A stretch of DNA of 57,631 nucleotides from Halocafeteria seosinensis (lineage: Eukaryota), in NCBI GenBank assembly GCA_001687465.1, contig LVLI01000211.1, forward strand, positions 1-57,631, written 5' to 3'. The translations under genes were made by a program, and so were the position numbers. Shown piece after piece: positions 55,361-57,631 of this stretch. The notes under the pieces were generated by a model that made no database searches, was not told the DNA's origin, and saw nothing but the letters and a program-made list of their open reading frames with translations. The first letter of the stretch is position 1; each line of letters opens with the position of its first letter.

Positions 55361-56835
55361 GCCAAGTAGAATGGGGTACAGCTGGATAACAATGCAGTTC
55401 ATGTTGATTGCGATGGCAGGGAAGCATGGGGCTGACGTGTAGAGAAAGTCCCATTCCATGATATCTTCTCCGTTTCGCATTCTCCTGACACCCTGGAATA
55501 AACGGCTGAAAGGCAGCCAAGGAGGTAACCACAGCCTCCTCCGTGCGTATCGTGCCAGATCCCTGTCGAGGGCATGTATTGACCCACTTATCAAAGAGTG
55601 AAGCGATGTCGCCTTTTAAGAAAGCCAACGACTCGTCCGCATCAAGAGCGTCTTCCAGTCCGTTAACACCGCCAAAGACGAGCAACATGTGCTTGAACGG
55701 CGGAAGGTTGAAATGTGGATTATCGATAGATTCGTGCCCTCTTTCGGATGTCCCGACAGTGAGATCATAGCCTTCGTCATAAGGGCATTTGGTGAAGACT
55801 TCGCTAAACGTATTGGCGATGCGCACTTCGTAACCCCAATACACGCCAAGCTGTTCCCTGGGAGCGCGTGGCGAAACTGCGCGACCTAGTAAGACTTTGG
55901 TTGGAAGACTAGAATTCTGAGGGAAGTTTTCCGGATCTTGAGGAGGTGCCGTGTCTAGCCGGCTATTTGCCCCGGTGAGTTCTAACTTCTTGGTATTTGG
56001 AGGCCGTGTGCGCTCATCCATTTCCACTGTAACTCGAACTCCAGCAACAAGAGTCACATCTATTCGACACTCTTTATGAAGTCCGACATTAACTAAACTT
56101 CCCTGTTTCGCCTTTTTATTCGAAAGTGGTCTGTCAAGTACCACGCCTTCACTGCATATTCAAGAACACACGTTGTGGGATCCGTTTATGCACGCAATGA
56201 ATAAAACAAGTGGAGAACACACTCAGTAACATACCGATATCGACACCATTCATCCTGTCTCAGATGGTGAGGAGCCGCCAGTGGATTGAGCAACCCTGCA
56301 AACTTTAAGTCTGGATGCATGGGGAACAAAGACCTCCTCAGATATCTGTTTAGAGCAAACAGCACAGTGTGTATCACTAACATCTACAGTAGAGCTTTAT
56401 GCAGGGATGCACTTACTGCGGCGTCTCAATGTACTGTAACAATCGAGCCATGAAAGCAACTGAATCATCCTTTCCACCCCCTCGTTTCGGCTTGACGGAC
56501 GACCCCGAAGCCAGCTGAGTACCGTCGTCGAAAACGATAATTTCATCCACTTGAAAGATAGCAGCAGCTCGAGCAATCTGTCCCACCAAATACGTGCGTA
56601 ATTCCTGGGACTGGGCATTGGCTACAATCGATCCTGGCACCGCTATCGACACCGTATAATGCCTCCCAGTGCTCGGTGCACCTTCGGCGCCCTCTACACC
56701 GGAGGATGAGGATGCTTTGGCCTCTGCAGCTGTATCAGTAGCTCCTGTATCGCCTCCATTGTGCTCAGACTTCCCCAGTTTCACAGAGGTATTCTGCTCC
56801 TCGCTCTGACTTGTTTCTCGTGGGCGTTTGCTCAT
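55341..56835 (-). CDS. SPOUT1: SPOUT-family RNA methyltransferase, C9orf114/SPOUT1-like
   Basis: Motifs TVSIAVPGSIVANAQSQELRTYLVGQIARAAAIFQVDEIIVFDD, LQYIETPQ|YLRRSLFPMHPDLKFAGLLNPLAAPHH, YDLTVGTSERG and NTCPRQGSGTIRTEEA. Introns at 56346-56416 and 56152-56234. Confidence 0.95.
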
Positions 56836-57482
56836 TATTATTCTTATCTCCCTAGAATACAGTAACCATCATATCGAAAGTGAACAAACTTATTCTATTA
56901 TCTGGAAGACCAAAACAAGAAAAAAGCTGGAATCGAGTACCCCAACGCTTTCTTCAAGCGAGGCACGAAGCGAAGAGATACCACGAGTTACAAACAGCCC
57001 CATTCATAGGCAAGACAGAGACAGACATTTATAACCTGTTGGATGAATACGACGTCTGCGAAAACAGGGGGAGTTCGGTTGGTAGTTATTACGGCTCTCT
57101 CTCTCTCTGCTCTCTGTCTCTGGCGTACAAAAAGTGTTACGTACATGTATTTGAAGTGTTACACGTATTTGTTTTCGTTTTACAGTTTGTTTGTCTGCTG
57201 TGCTGGAGATATATTGATATCGGTGCTCATGATGCTGTCGGCAAAATAGGCTTAACATCGATAGTCTGTGTCATAAGCTACGGTGACAAGTAGATCATGG
57301 AGCACACTTTGGTCAACAGGATCTGATGACGACTGACGCTAGCCACCTTACAGACACTCTTCCTCACTCACTCTACCGTTCCGAACCTCGAGTGTGGTCG
57401 AACAACGGCCTTAAGATGGCAACGAAACATTCCTTTTCTGCCCTGTCATCGAGGGAATTCACCGCGTCCTGGTGTGCATCGT

Positions 57483-57582
57483 CCACACACACACAAATGT
57501 GACAGATAGCCCACCGGCCGGGAAGTTGACCGCATCCTCTTAACGAGGAGCGGTATGCGCCCGTGTTAAGCAGCGACGGGCC
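57483..57582. repeat. Dispersed repeat copy B with (CA)n end; inverted homolog of 5409-5502
   Basis: The reverse complement reads ggcccgtcgctgcttaacacgggcgcataccgctcctcgttaagaggatgcggtcaacttcccggccggtgggctatctgtcacatttgtgtgtgtgtgg. Confidence 0.9.
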
Positions 57583-57631
57583 CGCTGTTCCTGCAGCCTT
57601 GCTGACATGCGCCGGTNAGNGAACACAGCAC

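Noticed and set aside
56880..57293. 137-aa ORF divergent from SPOUT1
   Set aside because: It has a non-ATG start, runs through CT- and GTTT-rich low-complexity sequence and has no recognisable domain.
1..57631. CRISPR array, tRNA, rRNA or intact transposase/RT genes
   Set aside because: No regularly spaced direct repeats, RNA-gene signatures or catalytic motifs of mobile elements were recognised by eye.

Overview
Gene-dense eukaryotic nuclear DNA, roughly balanced in GC, with short GT-AG introns (44-106 nt). The gene content suggests a heterotrophic protist, possibly a stramenopile (inference only). In order: the 3' end of a large Gly-rich repeat surface-type protein, a dispersed repeat, a very AT-rich foreign-looking island, a CRT-like transporter, FBXO9-like, ARP4, an intronless VPS13-like gene, a UBZ-finger orphan, a flavin amine oxidase, an 11-intron ankyrin gene head-to-head with TMCO1, a CBP/p300-like acetyltransferase, a secreted tandem C39-like peptidase, an F-box/LRR protein, an HtrA2-like protease, an atypical TALE homeodomain protein and SPOUT1. 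The most striking unexplained structure is in the AT-rich island (~6150-7050). It holds a 62-nt inverted copy (59/62 identical) of a coding segment of the neighbouring CRT-like gene, apparently inserted into the centre of a palindrome with a 6-nt direct repeat on each side. No rRNA, tRNA or CRISPR array was recognised. All family assignments come from motif recognition by eye, not from database searches.
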